From contig JAZAAK010000043.1 in NCBI GenBank assembly GCA_036138175.1, forward strand, positions 20,610 through 84,609: a DNA stretch of 64,000 nt. The letters are read 5' to 3'. The position numbers and the translations under genes are program-made. Positions within the stretch are counted from its first letter, which is position 1. Each line of letters begins with the position of its first letter. Below the pieces are notes generated by a model. That model saw only the letters and a list, made by a program, of their open reading frames with translations, was not told the DNA's origin and did no database searches. This DNA is from Thermoplasmatota archaeon. GTDB taxonomy: Archaea > Thermoplasmatota > Poseidoniia > Poseidoniales > Thalassarchaeaceae. This document shows positions 37,260 through 46,865 of this stretch, one piece after another.

Positions 37260-37697
37260 ATGAGTTTGAAGTGGGATGCACGATTTCTTGACCTAGCGAA
37301 ACATATCTCAGACTGGTCGAAGGACCCTTCTACCAAGGTCGGCTGTGTTGTGGTTGGAGAAGACAGAGAAGTTCGTTCAACCGGATTCAATGGTTTTCCA
37401 AGAGGAATCGAAGATACCGCTGCTAGGCTTAACGACCGTAGTCAGAAGTATCCAATGATTTGTCATGCCGAAGAAAATGCGATCATGCACGCGGCTCGAA
37501 TCGGTATTTCACTCAAGGATTGTACTGCCTACGTTACTTGGCCACCTTGCTCACGATGCGCTCGTTCTCTGATTCAAGCCGGCGTTAAGGAAGTAGTATA
37601 TCCTGAAGATTGTGAGATACCCGAGCGCTGGGAGGAAGACTTCGCAATCGCAACCAGTATGTTCACTGAGTCTGGAGTAAATTATCGCTCAGCCTGA
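37260..37697 (+). CDS. Deoxycytidylate (dCMP) deaminase, cytidine/deoxycytidylate deaminase family
   Basis: Zinc-site motifs CHAEENAI and PCSRCA. 145 aa, ComEB/dCMP deaminase-like. Confidence 0.85.
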   Translation: MSLKWDARFLDLAKHISDWSKDPSTKVGCVVVGEDREVRSTGFNGFPRGIEDTAARLNDRSQKYPMICHAEENAIMHAARIGISLKDCTAYVTWPPCSRCARSLIQAGVKEVVYPEDCEIPERWEEDFAIATSMFTESGVNYRSA

Positions 37698-38264
37698 TTT
37701 TTCAGAAAGCATAACCCAGAGTTCCTCTAGGTCTGAATGTAAGTCCTCAAGGCTTCCATCGTTGACTAATACGAGATCGGCTAGGACAGCAGTTGCATTG
37801 AGGGCTTGACCAGATTCATCTTTTGCAACAGCTTCTTTTTCTTCATTTGCGAAGAAAGTCTCTCTGTCAACAATATCTCCTGTTCTTGCACGAGCCTGTG
37901 CTCTTTGCCAGCGGGCATCCATTCCTGCACGAACTTCGATTAGAATGAAATCATCACGTTCCTGTAAAGCCTCTACTTCACCCGGTGTTCTAATCGAATC
38001 GATTACTGCATTCTTTCCGTCTAATCTCTCGAGTAGCATTTCTGCTAGAATTCCCGGTCCACCGCTTCTGCGTAATTCATTTCCGCCATTGATTAGATTC
38101 TCTCGAGATTCTTCGATTCCGTTCTCTTTGAGATGAGCACGTATGGAATCTGAGCATGATTCACTTGCCAATCCCTTGGATACGAGAAAGTCCACTACGG
38201 TTGATTTTCCCGAGGCATAGCGTCCAGTCAGACCGATTAGCACATGACCCCGAAAGGTTGGCAT
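37689..38264 (-). CDS. P-loop nucleotide/nucleoside kinase-like protein (dephospho-CoA kinase-like / UPF0200-type)
   Basis: Walker A GLTGRYASGKST at the N-terminus and about 190 aa in size. The substrate cannot be told from the sequence. The 3' end overlaps the dCMP deaminase 3' end by 9 nt. Confidence 0.5.
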   Translation of the reverse strand: MPTFRGHVLIGLTGRYASGKSTVVDFLVSKGLASESCSDSIRAHLKENGIEESRENLINGGNELRRSGGPGILAEMLLERLDGKNAVIDSIRTPGEVEALQERDDFILIEVRAGMDARWQRAQARARTGDIVDRETFFANEEKEAVAKDESGQALNATAVLADLVLVNDGSLEDLHSDLEELWVMLSEKSG

Positions 38265-38277
38265 TCAATATCGCTTT

Positions 38278-41200
38278 CTAACTCCAATAGCGCCTAGTCT
38301 TTGCATATTGCAGTTCTGCGTTATGTATGGCACGAAGTAATGCGACTCGATTTCCACGCGATAAACCTCTCAACAATCTAGTTGCGGTTTCTTCACCTAC
38401 ACCCCTTCCCATCAAGGCTAGAACGGCATCATGCCCGTGGGTTTGAATTAATTCGGCATTCTTCTGCATCCTTGCACGTTCCTTGGGGTCATCGCTAGTT
38501 ACCCATCCGCTTAGCATAGATTCCATGCGCTCTGGTGAGCAAGCCCGCATAGTGCCTCCACAATTTGTACAGGGTTCGATACGCTGCTGCATACGGCCAA
38601 CTCTGCTTCGTGTTTTGTCTTTGCAATTGAGACAGATTAACACTGCTCTTTCTGCCATGAGTCGAGTTTCTAATCGCTCTCTGAGTTGTACATCAGACCA
38701 TGCAGGTAGAAGTAAGTCTCGTTCAGATTTTGGCGATAATCCGAGTGGTCCACTAGGAGTGTGAAAAACCTCCACCTTTCCTTGTTGGATGTCTCGAATT
38801 AGATCCATTGTTCCCTCAATGTCCATCCTTTCATGGAATAATTTTGACAGGGCTTCCTCAACAACTGGGGTGCCCCGATATCTTTGCATCAGACCTTGCA
38901 TATTGACTCGACGTGGGTCTGCTGCCTTTTGCAAAACACCCATTTTCCTAGCTACTTGTACCATCCTCCATCTAAGTGCTCTACCATTAGGAATTGTCAT
39001 TCTGAGGATGGCTTCAAGTGCATCTGGAGAAGTTGTTGTCAACCATTCAATTACATGAGCAGCCGTAGTTCCTGGGACTTGGAATGCAATTCGATACGGG
39101 TCGATCAGAGTGGTACCCATCCTTCCTTCTCGCATAGAACCCATTGCCTGAATAAAGTGGGCTAGGGTCTCGTTTATCCTACTCCCTCTGCAGGTATTCA
39201 AGACCACAGCATTGTCTCTACTTTCGATAGTCAAGGTGGTGTCAGTAGGCAAATTTTCGGTTGCATCTATGTGTTCTGCAACCGCATTTAATAAGTCGGC
39301 TCTAGCGACTTCAGATAGAGGATAGTTTTCGAAATCGAGATCTCCTTTGATCACCTCCATTGCTCCGATTGCAGTTGCAGCACTTCTCCTCAATTTGCCA
39401 ACTTCCATAGCAACTTCAATCGGCACCGGAGGCAATTCTCCCGCCCATACCGGTGCCTCTCCAGTATCTTTTACAGGAGCAACCAACAATTCGCTTTGTT
39501 CAGGGTCAGCATCTACAATCATCCAAGTTCGGCCAGCCATAACAAATCTTCTTGGCCGCCCAGCATCGTCTTCCCCTACATCGTTCAAAGATAGTACGAA
39601 GGCTTCATCGACAGAACCCAAAACCCGCCTTGTTACAGCATCTCGCACCTTGTAGGCGATTTCGTCGGGAATCATTGAGATATGTTCGGTACGATTTCTA
39701 CCCAATTTTCCAGCAGGCGAAAACCATCCAGAATTGAGAGACTCCGGCAAGTGTTGAACCATTGCACGTCGCCAACGAGATTTCTGAGCCTCTTCGTGTT
39801 CCTCATCCCAAGGAGGTCTATCCTCTGGAACTAAATCTGCAGGTCTTGCATCCACATTGGCTTTCTTTGCCAACCCTTGCCATAATTTCGGATGCCAAAT
39901 TGTTGGATCTGATTGTCGTGGCTGTTCGATTAATCGTAGTAGCCACCTATCGTCTAAAACTCGAAGAACTGCTAAGGTATCTTCTTCTGTCCATTGGGGA
40001 AAAATAGTCGAGCGCTTTAGTAATTCAGTAGCTTGATCTAATGGAACAACACCTCTCTCCGCAGCCATTTGTAGAAATTGATTTGCAGCGACAATGGCCG
40101 GATTATATCTCCATTCAACGCCTTCCAATTCACCGGCCATAGCGCGTCTTGCGATTACTGCACATTCAGCGATGTCATCAATTTCCCAAGCCAAGACGTC
40201 ACCTCTTCCTGTTCCTCCAAGGTGATGTTCAGCCCTCCCAACACGTTGCAACATCCTGTCTACGGCCCTTGGGCTGTTCAACTGGTGAACTCTTCGAATA
40301 CTTCCGATATCAATACCCAATTCAAGACTGGAAGTACAAATTAATCCGTGCAATTCACCGGCTCTAAGAGCCTCCTCCATCTCTCGTCTAGTTTCGGCCG
40401 CTAGACTTCCATGATGGACACCAACTTGGATTTCAGGAACAATTGAAGCCAACCTTTGTGCAACTGTTTCCGCAGTAGATCTAGAGTTTACGAAAACAAG
40501 CGAAGGCGAATCTTCAATCAGCGTATTTGCAAGATGACGAAATGCGGCGATCGACTTTGGAGAAATCGCCCACTCACCTGCTAATAGGTCATCTTCGGCA
40601 GTAGGAGTTTCTCGATGTACGGTTATCTTGGTGGTTCTCGGTGCCGGACCAAAAATCGGTTTTGCCCCGTCCGACATCCAATTCGCAACCTCGTCTGGAT
40701 TGCCAACAGTGGCTGAAAGTCCTACTCTCTGGAATTTTCCGCTACTTCCCTCCAAGGCAGAAATTCTCTCAAGTCCGATTAGAAGTTGAGCTCCCCTCTC
40801 ACTTGCGGCCAAATCGTGAACTTCGTCCAGAATAACAGCCTTTACTCCAGCTAAGTGCTTTCTCAAACGGCTTCCCAGCAACATTATCTGAGCAGTCTCA
40901 GGAGTTGTGACTAGCAAATTTGGAGGATTCTTAGATTGCTTAGTTCTCTCTTTTTGGCTGGTATCACCGTGGCGTAGTCCTACACTTATTCCAAGTGGTT
41001 CGAGTAAGTTGGCCAATCGCCTATCTATATCTCGATTTAATGCTCTAAGGGGTGTAATATAGAGTATCGAGAGAGAACTCCATTCTTCCTTTAGGGCTCT
41101 CGAAGCAATTGGAAGAACAGCCGCTTCTGTTTTTCCGCTACCCGTTGGCGCGACTAAAATTCGATTCTCTCCCCCAACTAAATCTGCGGTTGCAGCCTCT

Positions 41201-41283
41201 TGCACAGGAGTCAATTTCCAACCTCGCTGCTCAACTAATTCCCGCACCTGCGGGTGAAGGAGTTGAAGAGCCGGGGTGGGCAT
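38278..41283 (-). CDS. lhr: Lhr-type large superfamily-2 ATP-dependent helicase with C-terminal zinc ribbon
   Basis: APTGSGKT, DEVHDL, SATVGN and QRVGRAEH helicase motifs. Long Lhr-like C-terminal region with CLNC...CTNC near the end. Confidence 0.85.
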   Translation of the reverse strand: MPTPALQLLHPQVRELVEQRGWKLTPVQEAATADLVGGENRILVAPTGSGKTEAAVLPIASRALKEEWSSLSILYITPLRALNRDIDRRLANLLEPLGISVGLRHGDTSQKERTKQSKNPPNLLVTTPETAQIMLLGSRLRKHLAGVKAVILDEVHDLAASERGAQLLIGLERISALEGSSGKFQRVGLSATVGNPDEVANWMSDGAKPIFGPAPRTTKITVHRETPTAEDDLLAGEWAISPKSIAAFRHLANTLIEDSPSLVFVNSRSTAETVAQRLASIVPEIQVGVHHGSLAAETRREMEEALRAGELHGLICTSSLELGIDIGSIRRVHQLNSPRAVDRMLQRVGRAEHHLGGTGRGDVLAWEIDDIAECAVIARRAMAGELEGVEWRYNPAIVAANQFLQMAAERGVVPLDQATELLKRSTIFPQWTEEDTLAVLRVLDDRWLLRLIEQPRQSDPTIWHPKLWQGLAKKANVDARPADLVPEDRPPWDEEHEEAQKSRWRRAMVQHLPESLNSGWFSPAGKLGRNRTEHISMIPDEIAYKVRDAVTRRVLGSVDEAFVLSLNDVGEDDAGRPRRFVMAGRTWMIVDADPEQSELLVAPVKDTGEAPVWAGELPPVPIEVAMEVGKLRRSAATAIGAMEVIKGDLDFENYPLSEVARADLLNAVAEHIDATENLPTDTTLTIESRDNAVVLNTCRGSRINETLAHFIQAMGSMREGRMGTTLIDPYRIAFQVPGTTAAHVIEWLTTTSPDALEAILRMTIPNGRALRWRMVQVARKMGVLQKAADPRRVNMQGLMQRYRGTPVVEEALSKLFHERMDIEGTMDLIRDIQQGKVEVFHTPSGPLGLSPKSERDLLLPAWSDVQLRERLETRLMAERAVLICLNCKDKTRSRVGRMQQRIEPCTNCGGTMRACSPERMESMLSGWVTSDDPKERARMQKNAELIQTHGHDAVLALMGRGVGEETATRLLRGLSRGNRVALLRAIHNAELQYAKTRRYWS

Positions 41284-41355
41284 TAGGTCGAAGGCAAAGA
41301 TTGACCAACATGAATAGATTGGTTCTAGGTTGGTGTTTGTTTTTCGTAATACAAA

Positions 41356-42519
41356 TCAAGGGTGAAGAGGAATTTCATCTGTCCAGTGTCCCATTTTATT
41401 CAGAGTTATTGTAACATTCGTCAGTTCTCCTTGTTCCCAGTAATCAACTGCAATGAAAGTTGGCCTATTCCCAACCTCTTCCCAACATAACAAAGCCCTA
41501 TTCAACAGAGTTTCGTAATCGTTCACCTGTGCTGCTTTATTTGCATCAGCAAGACCGAAAGTACTCAGCCAGTTATTCATATGCCAAACAGGTTGGGTCG
41601 AATCTCCTCTCCCTAGATTGCAAGACATCTCTTCCTGTTCAGATTCGCCATAAGGCGTATCCCAAGTATGTTTCCAAGCCGGTAATAATTTAGAAAAATT
41701 TTCTTCGTATTCAAGTTCAATATAGATAACAACATCGATTTTTGCTAAAGCCATGTCACCGATTGATGGCCATGGAGTGCCTATTTCATGGATGAATGCT
41801 CTATCTAAAATTCCGGTTTCATTGAAAAGATATTCTAAATGTTCACCGGGAACTCTGTGATTTTGAATTAACAGACTGACGACATCTCCGGTGCTGTTGT
41901 TGTGTAGAGATCCTAGATTCCTCAACCAAGAGAATGCGTCTACACTTCCAAACAAGCATGGAGGTGCATTTGCGACACCTATGGCATGACAAAACACAAT
42001 ATCTTCCTTATCATTTTGTAATTCAGAAGGATGATATGGGTCTAGCATAAATGCTCTTATGCCGTCATTCCATTGACTTTCTAGACCAGTTAAATGATTT
42101 ATTCCCGCAATAATTCCATCTTCAGGTGTGGAAAATGAATTGTGTGATTCTGCAAATGTGAAATCATCATAGGTCCTAAGACAATATTCACTTCGTCCAT
42201 GGCAGGTTATCTTACTTTCCGCGTCACGCGGATCAAAGCCTCTCTCTTCTTCCCAATCGTTGGGTAAACCATCTCCATCAATATCCAAATCTACAGTATC
42301 ACATATGCCATCGTTATCGATATCTGAAGGTATTGAAGTGTTTTTTTGAGGATCACTATTGCAATTTATCTCTAATGTGTTATTGAATCCGTCTCCATCA
42401 ATATCTTGGTCCTCTTCGTCAGAAATACCATCATTATCCATATCAGGAGGGGATGGTGATGTACAGCCAGAAATAAACAAGACTAGAGCGATTAATGCAG
42501 CATTGACTGTACGATTCAT
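41356..42519 (-). CDS. Lipobox lipoprotein: two calcium-binding thrombospondin-type-3-like Asp repeats plus a PI-PLC X-domain-like phosphodiesterase domain
   Basis: Signal MNRTVNAALIALVLFISGC. Repeats D(M/I)DNDGI.D..D.DIDGDG. FAESHNSFS...WNDGIRAFMLDPYH resembles the THNS(F/Y)...GVR.LMLD signature of PLC-like phosphodiesterases. Confidence 0.6.
   Translation of the reverse strand: MNRTVNAALIALVLFISGCTSPSPPDMDNDGISDEEDQDIDGDGFNNTLEINCNSDPQKNTSIPSDIDNDGICDTVDLDIDGDGLPNDWEEERGFDPRDAESKITCHGRSEYCLRTYDDFTFAESHNSFSTPEDGIIAGINHLTGLESQWNDGIRAFMLDPYHPSELQNDKEDIVFCHAIGVANAPPCLFGSVDAFSWLRNLGSLHNNSTGDVVSLLIQNHRVPGEHLEYLFNETGILDRAFIHEIGTPWPSIGDMALAKIDVVIYIELEYEENFSKLLPAWKHTWDTPYGESEQEEMSCNLGRGDSTQPVWHMNNWLSTFGLADANKAAQVNDYETLLNRALLCWEEVGNRPTFIAVDYWEQGELTNVTITLNKMGHWTDEIPLHP
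42259..42444 (-). repeat. Two copies of a 22-aa Asp-rich repeat (DxDNDGIxDxxDxDIDGDGxxN)
   Basis: DMDNDGISDEEDQDIDGDGFNN and DIDNDGICDTVDLDIDGDGLPN, separated by a short Cys-containing linker. Confidence 0.8.
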
Positions 42520-42584
42520 GAGGGCACGGCAGATTGATTTAAACATGAATCCATTGGAACGATACGCGACAAGGGACATAATCC

Positions 42585-43526
42585 ATGAGCGGAACCCAGT
42601 GGGCGATGGCAGGGCCGCTCAAGCTTCTGACGAACACCTTCCAGCGATGGTGGATGGGTCAGAAAGACAACCATTTCCGAATAGTTTCGTCTTTGACAAT
42701 ACTATCCCTCGCCGCAACAATCTGGGGTATTCTATTCTTGTTTGTTCTAGGTGGTACAACAGACGACTCAATGGAAATGTGGGTGCCGTGGAGTTGGCTT
42801 GGTTTAATCGTTGGAGGAACTCTAGCCTTTTGGATAGTGCCGGAATTTTTTGTGTATCTCGGTCACAAGGCGGCCCTTGACGAAATACTCCTACTTGATT
42901 CACGCCCGGAGGTTCTCAGACGGCGTAAGGAAGCCGAGGAAGCCGCAGATATGCTCGGTCCAGTATACCAATCTCATCTTGTGAGACTTTACAATGAATT
43001 GGGGATTAAAATCGGCTCCAGATTTAGACACATTAAACCTGCAGTAGCAAGGTCATTAGAATCAATTACGGAGATCTCCGAAGATTCAGTAGAAAGAGTA
43101 TCTGAGCCTTGGGATGAAATTTCATTAGAATCAAATTCAAACGATTCTTCCACATATTCTAACACTTGGTGGAATACCACAAACTCCCGATTGTCAACAT
43201 TGCTCCCTGGGGCCAAGATTTTGCGGGATAGAGATGCAAATCGAACAATTCTAGGTTTAACATCAATTAGTGCCGGTCTCTTACTTTACAACATGATTTT
43301 TGGCCTCGCTAAACAGGGAGGAGGCCCTAGGGAATTCACCGTAGATCTAACCCTATGGCTTGCTGGAGACTCTTCGATTCACTCAACAGCTCCCCATTTT
43401 GATGGAGTTAGTCTCCTCCTCGCCATCGCATCTTTGACAATGGTGTTTTTGACTAGACCTGCTAATCTGGAAGACTCGTCTGATACTGAAAGTCGCAAGG
43501 CTTGGACTCACATTGAGGAGGAGTGA
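42585..43526 (+). CDS. Membrane protein of unknown function, translationally coupled to signal peptidase
   Basis: Two N-terminal and two or three C-terminal TM helices around a charged central region. The stop overlaps the next start (GTGA at 43523-43526). Confidence 0.6.
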   Translation: MSGTQWAMAGPLKLLTNTFQRWWMGQKDNHFRIVSSLTILSLAATIWGILFLFVLGGTTDDSMEMWVPWSWLGLIVGGTLAFWIVPEFFVYLGHKAALDEILLLDSRPEVLRRRKEAEEAADMLGPVYQSHLVRLYNELGIKIGSRFRHIKPAVARSLESITEISEDSVERVSEPWDEISLESNSNDSSTYSNTWWNTTNSRLSTLLPGAKILRDRDANRTILGLTSISAGLLLYNMIFGLAKQGGGPREFTVDLTLWLAGDSSIHSTAPHFDGVSLLLAIASLTMVFLTRPANLEDSSDTESRKAWTHIEEE

Positions 43527-44326
43527 TTGTGGATATTCAAGTACTCAAGCGAGAAGCAAGTCTTGCAATCGGATTGGTCATACTTCTATTGGGCTCGATG
43601 ACTATTGCAACCGGCACTTATCCACCTATGGTCGTGGTCGAATCTGGTTCGATGATGCATGATCCTGAGAAAGGTTCTGTCGGAGCGATAGACCCAGGCG
43701 ACTTAGTCCTAGTAATGTCTCCTGACCGCCACCAAATCATCACCTTTGCAGAAGCAACACAAATTGGTGGTAAGCACGAGGGTTACGAAACTCATGGAAT
43801 GCCCGGCGATGTTATCATATTCAGGAAGAATGGTGGTAGTGATACTCCTGTAATTCATCGTGCTTTATTCAAAGCTGTAGAGAATCCTAACGGAGGTTGG
43901 GACGTACCAGGAACAGATATTGTAGCCGCAGATTCAATTACCGTGGAATTGGATTACGATTGCTACCATGGCAATTCGAAACTAACTGTTAGTAATTGGG
44001 TTCCTCAACATGAGGGCTACATTACCACAGGAGATAATCGATGGAGCAACGGCTGCCAGTACGATCAGCAATCCCTTACTGATGAAAATGGTGAGTTGGT
44101 TACCGCAATCAAGGATGAGTGGATTATTGGTGTCGCTTCATTGGAAATTCCTTGGGTGGGTGCTGTCAAGCTCTATGCTAGTGGAACAGATGGTCAAGTA
44201 ACTCCCAATTCTTGGAGTAATCTGGCGATTATGGTCGCTATAGTAATCGCCACTCCTGTAATCATTGAGATGATTACGGATCGAATAAATAGTAAGAATC
44301 AATCTCAATCAGATGAGGAAGAATAG
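43523..44326 (+). CDS. Type I signal peptidase, archaeal/eukaryal Sec11 type (S26B), with inserted domain
   Basis: VVVESGSMMH (catalytic Ser box), GDVIIFRK...PVIHRALF (His box) and ITTGDNRWSN (GDN box). C-terminal TM helix. GTG start at 43523 or 43529. Confidence 0.8.
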   Translation: MIVDIQVLKREASLAIGLVILLLGSMTIATGTYPPMVVVESGSMMHDPEKGSVGAIDPGDLVLVMSPDRHQIITFAEATQIGGKHEGYETHGMPGDVIIFRKNGGSDTPVIHRALFKAVENPNGGWDVPGTDIVAADSITVELDYDCYHGNSKLTVSNWVPQHEGYITTGDNRWSNGCQYDQQSLTDENGELVTAIKDEWIIGVASLEIPWVGAVKLYASGTDGQVTPNSWSNLAIMVAIVIATPVIIEMITDRINSKNQSQSDEEE

Positions 44327-44335
44327 CCAATTCTC

Positions 44336-45847
44336 TCAACTTACCAATCGAGGAATAATGATTGGGATAATTACAATGAATAACACTAGAAGGCTACTCA
44401 TAGAACTCAACCTGTTTGCTGCATTCTCAATACGGATTGGATCACCGCCACGCATAATGAATCGCATAGTTGAATGTGTGGCGTCTCTGAAGATATGGCC
44501 ACCATCGAATGGAATCATTGGAATTAGATTGGCAAATCCTAGTAGGAAGTTAATCCAAGCCACCCAGAAAAGGAAATCGAAAGCCGCCAACATACCTTCA
44601 GTTCCTATGTTTGAGGCAATTATCCCATCTCCGGCAGCCAACATCGCTCGTTCTTCTAGAGGCATTGTGTGGCCATCATTTTGAATAGGAACCCCTAACA
44701 TAATCAACGGCGCCACTAGCAATATCAAGCCTTTCTGAAGCCCGCTCAAATCATCATCAGCTAAGAAGCTCCAACCATCCACTGCTGCTGTGTTTGAGCG
44801 GAGATTACTAACTCCAACAAAAGCGTCGCCTTGTTCGATTCCTTGTGCCTCCATTAACAGTCTAGTTTCTTCTATATCACAACCATTAGTTTGTTGGCAT
44901 TGGTCTATATGATACTGCCAACGATCTGTAAAGGTGATTTCGATGACCCTTGTTTCTGAAACATTTGCTTGAGACGAAATTACTGTGAAATTGGCTACCT
45001 CTCCCGATGAATAACCCTTCATTACCTCGGTAAAATCGTCACGATTAGCCACTAGAGAATCGTCGATGTGAGTAATGGTCTCGTACGCGTTCAACCCAGC
45101 ATCCTGAGCCCCAGTTTCAGCAATAATCCCAGTTGCGTGAACTCCTGGATTTTTTGCAACAAATCCATTCGCTGTTGCGGATAACAAAACTAGGACAACA
45201 AATGTGGCAATCAGATTGATTGAAGGTCCAGCGGCGAATAATCGCATTCTTTCTCTTCTGGGTGCGCGGGACATTTCCTCATACTCGGGTTCAGCAAATG
45301 CCCCAACGGGAAGCAAACCAGCTAGAAGAAGTCCGAATGATCGAACTTGCATACCGTGTGCCCTAGCCTGTATTCCGTGACTATATTCGTGAATAACTAA
45401 GGCAAAAATCAGTGCAATGATTGGCCACCAGAATGGAACAAAACTAGTCACACCCGGAATAAGGAGAAGATCTGATGCAGGCAATACCTCTTGTTGTGCG
45501 GGAGCCGTAGCGGTTGCTAGTGCGGCACTGATTATCAAGAGGATAACGCCGAACATTACTATGAAACACAACCAAATCGAAAATTCCCCATATACTCTCC
45601 AAAATTTTCGTGGTTTAGCTAATTGTTCTAGGGCAATCTTACCCTTCCCCGTTCTTAACATCAATATGATTCCAAGCACTCTAGTTGCATTCCATTTGTC
45701 CAAGGTTCCATTCAGTTCTAAATAGACCAAAGCAAAGTACCATGCTCCAATCAATACCAAGGCCCAAATTGGAGCCCAGCTCCTAACTCCAGCCCAAGCC
45801 AGCAATCCGACAAAGAGAATCTGATTCAGGCTCAGGCCTCTTTCCAT
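44336..45847 (-). CDS. Site-2 protease (M50 intramembrane zinc metalloprotease) with PDZ-like insert
   Basis: HExxH in LVIHEYSHGIQARAHG. Polytopic membrane protein with a central soluble domain and a distal FANLIPMIPFDGGHIF (NPDG-like) motif. Confidence 0.85.
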   Translation of the reverse strand: MERGLSLNQILFVGLLAWAGVRSWAPIWALVLIGAWYFALVYLELNGTLDKWNATRVLGIILMLRTGKGKIALEQLAKPRKFWRVYGEFSIWLCFIVMFGVILLIISAALATATAPAQQEVLPASDLLLIPGVTSFVPFWWPIIALIFALVIHEYSHGIQARAHGMQVRSFGLLLAGLLPVGAFAEPEYEEMSRAPRRERMRLFAAGPSINLIATFVVLVLLSATANGFVAKNPGVHATGIIAETGAQDAGLNAYETITHIDDSLVANRDDFTEVMKGYSSGEVANFTVISSQANVSETRVIEITFTDRWQYHIDQCQQTNGCDIEETRLLMEAQGIEQGDAFVGVSNLRSNTAAVDGWSFLADDDLSGLQKGLILLVAPLIMLGVPIQNDGHTMPLEERAMLAAGDGIIASNIGTEGMLAAFDFLFWVAWINFLLGFANLIPMIPFDGGHIFRDATHSTMRFIMRGGDPIRIENAANRLSSMSSLLVLFIVIIPIIIPRLVS

Positions 45848-45929
45848 GACTATCCGCCTTTACTGCCCCCACTTGAATACTCGTCAATGAATCCGTAACT
45901 GACTTGACCTGAAGGCTACTCGGGATAAC

Positions 45930-46124
45930 ATGGCTGAGCAGGGAGATATTCCCGAACGCAAACAATCTCGAGAATTAGATAGCCTACGTCGTGATACAAC
46001 CGCAGTTGCTAGATTACTAAGACAGGCTAAGTTGGATGAACTCCATGATGAACTCGAACAGGCCAAGGCGAAACTCGATTATGCTGAATCGAGACTATCT
46101 GGTGATTCCACAGAGAGCGAATAG
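45930..46124 (+). CDS. Small charged coiled-coil protein (64 aa), hypothetical
   Basis: Heptad-like LLRQAKLDELHDELEQAKAKLDYAESRL. Fills the gap between two minus-strand genes. No homology recognised. Confidence 0.35.
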   Translation: MAEQGDIPERKQSRELDSLRRDTTAVARLLRQAKLDELHDELEQAKAKLDYAESRLSGDSTESE

Positions 46125-46141
46125 TTACTTGAAGGACTGGT

Positions 46142-46738
46142 CTAAGAAAGTCTACCAGCATTCTGAATTCTTTGGCTAATTTCCTCGAAGTTGGTCGATT
46201 TTTCAATACCCCTTGCACCATCTGAGCGACTGATTAATGCTAGAAACCTGTGTAAAGGCATACCTTCGTGCCAATTTAGGTATGGAGAACCATTTCTCGT
46301 AAGTGGAACATTCGGAATACTTCGCGATAGTACTCGAAGCTTTCCAGTTAGCCCTTCTACTGGTACTTTCATCACTCTCCAACTATCGCCTCTAACGCCT
46401 TTGAGTCGGAAGGCATACAGGGGTAGAAGCCCGCATCTTTCTCCGGTTGTCTTCAGGGCATCGTACTGGTCTTTGGTACGACCAGAAAGATAGATTCTGT
46501 CAGTTTTTGAGGATTTCACCTCAATCGGCATGCACATATCGCCTCGAAGAGCGAGAATATCTCCAGTTCCTTCAGAACCACTTCCAGGAGCTCTTACAAC
46601 TAAGAATGGCCTTTGACAGACTTGCATAGCCCGTGCTCGCTCAACTTCTGTACATGAGCGAGTAATTGCGACTACACCCTTTCTCTCGCCCGCGAGCACA
46701 GAGCGTAATTCCCGCTCGTAGACCCCAGTCATGTGCAT
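46142..46738 (-). CDS. hjc: Archaeal Holliday junction resolvase Hjc-like nuclease with insertion and C-terminal extension
   Basis: Restriction-endonuclease-fold motifs in Hjc order: GVYERELRSVL ... FLVVRAPGSGS ... GDILAL ... PIEVKSSK ... LSGRTKDQYDAL. Confidence 0.7.
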   Translation of the reverse strand: MHMTGVYERELRSVLAGERKGVVAITRSCTEVERARAMQVCQRPFLVVRAPGSGSEGTGDILALRGDMCMPIEVKSSKTDRIYLSGRTKDQYDALKTTGERCGLLPLYAFRLKGVRGDSWRVMKVPVEGLTGKLRVLSRSIPNVPLTRNGSPYLNWHEGMPLHRFLALISRSDGARGIEKSTNFEEISQRIQNAGRLS

Positions 46739-46865
46739 AGCGCATTGTCAGGGTTCTTGACGACATCGCTTGAGACAGCCGCGGAGTGTAGCGTTTCGAG
46801 TTTTTCAAGATAATTCGGTGAATATTTTCTAAATGTAGCAAAATTGTAGAATTAGTGACCTAAGA

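Noticed and set aside
41109-41414. 101-aa plus-strand ORF bridging the lhr start and the end of the PLC-like gene.
   Set aside because: Most of it is antisense to two well-supported minus-strand genes. Only about 70 nt is intergenic, and no motif or RBS is present.
44313-44684. 123-aa plus-strand ORF starting inside the signal peptidase 3' end.
   Set aside because: It is antisense to the C-terminal conserved part of the M50 site-2 protease, and its composition is typical of a shadow ORF.
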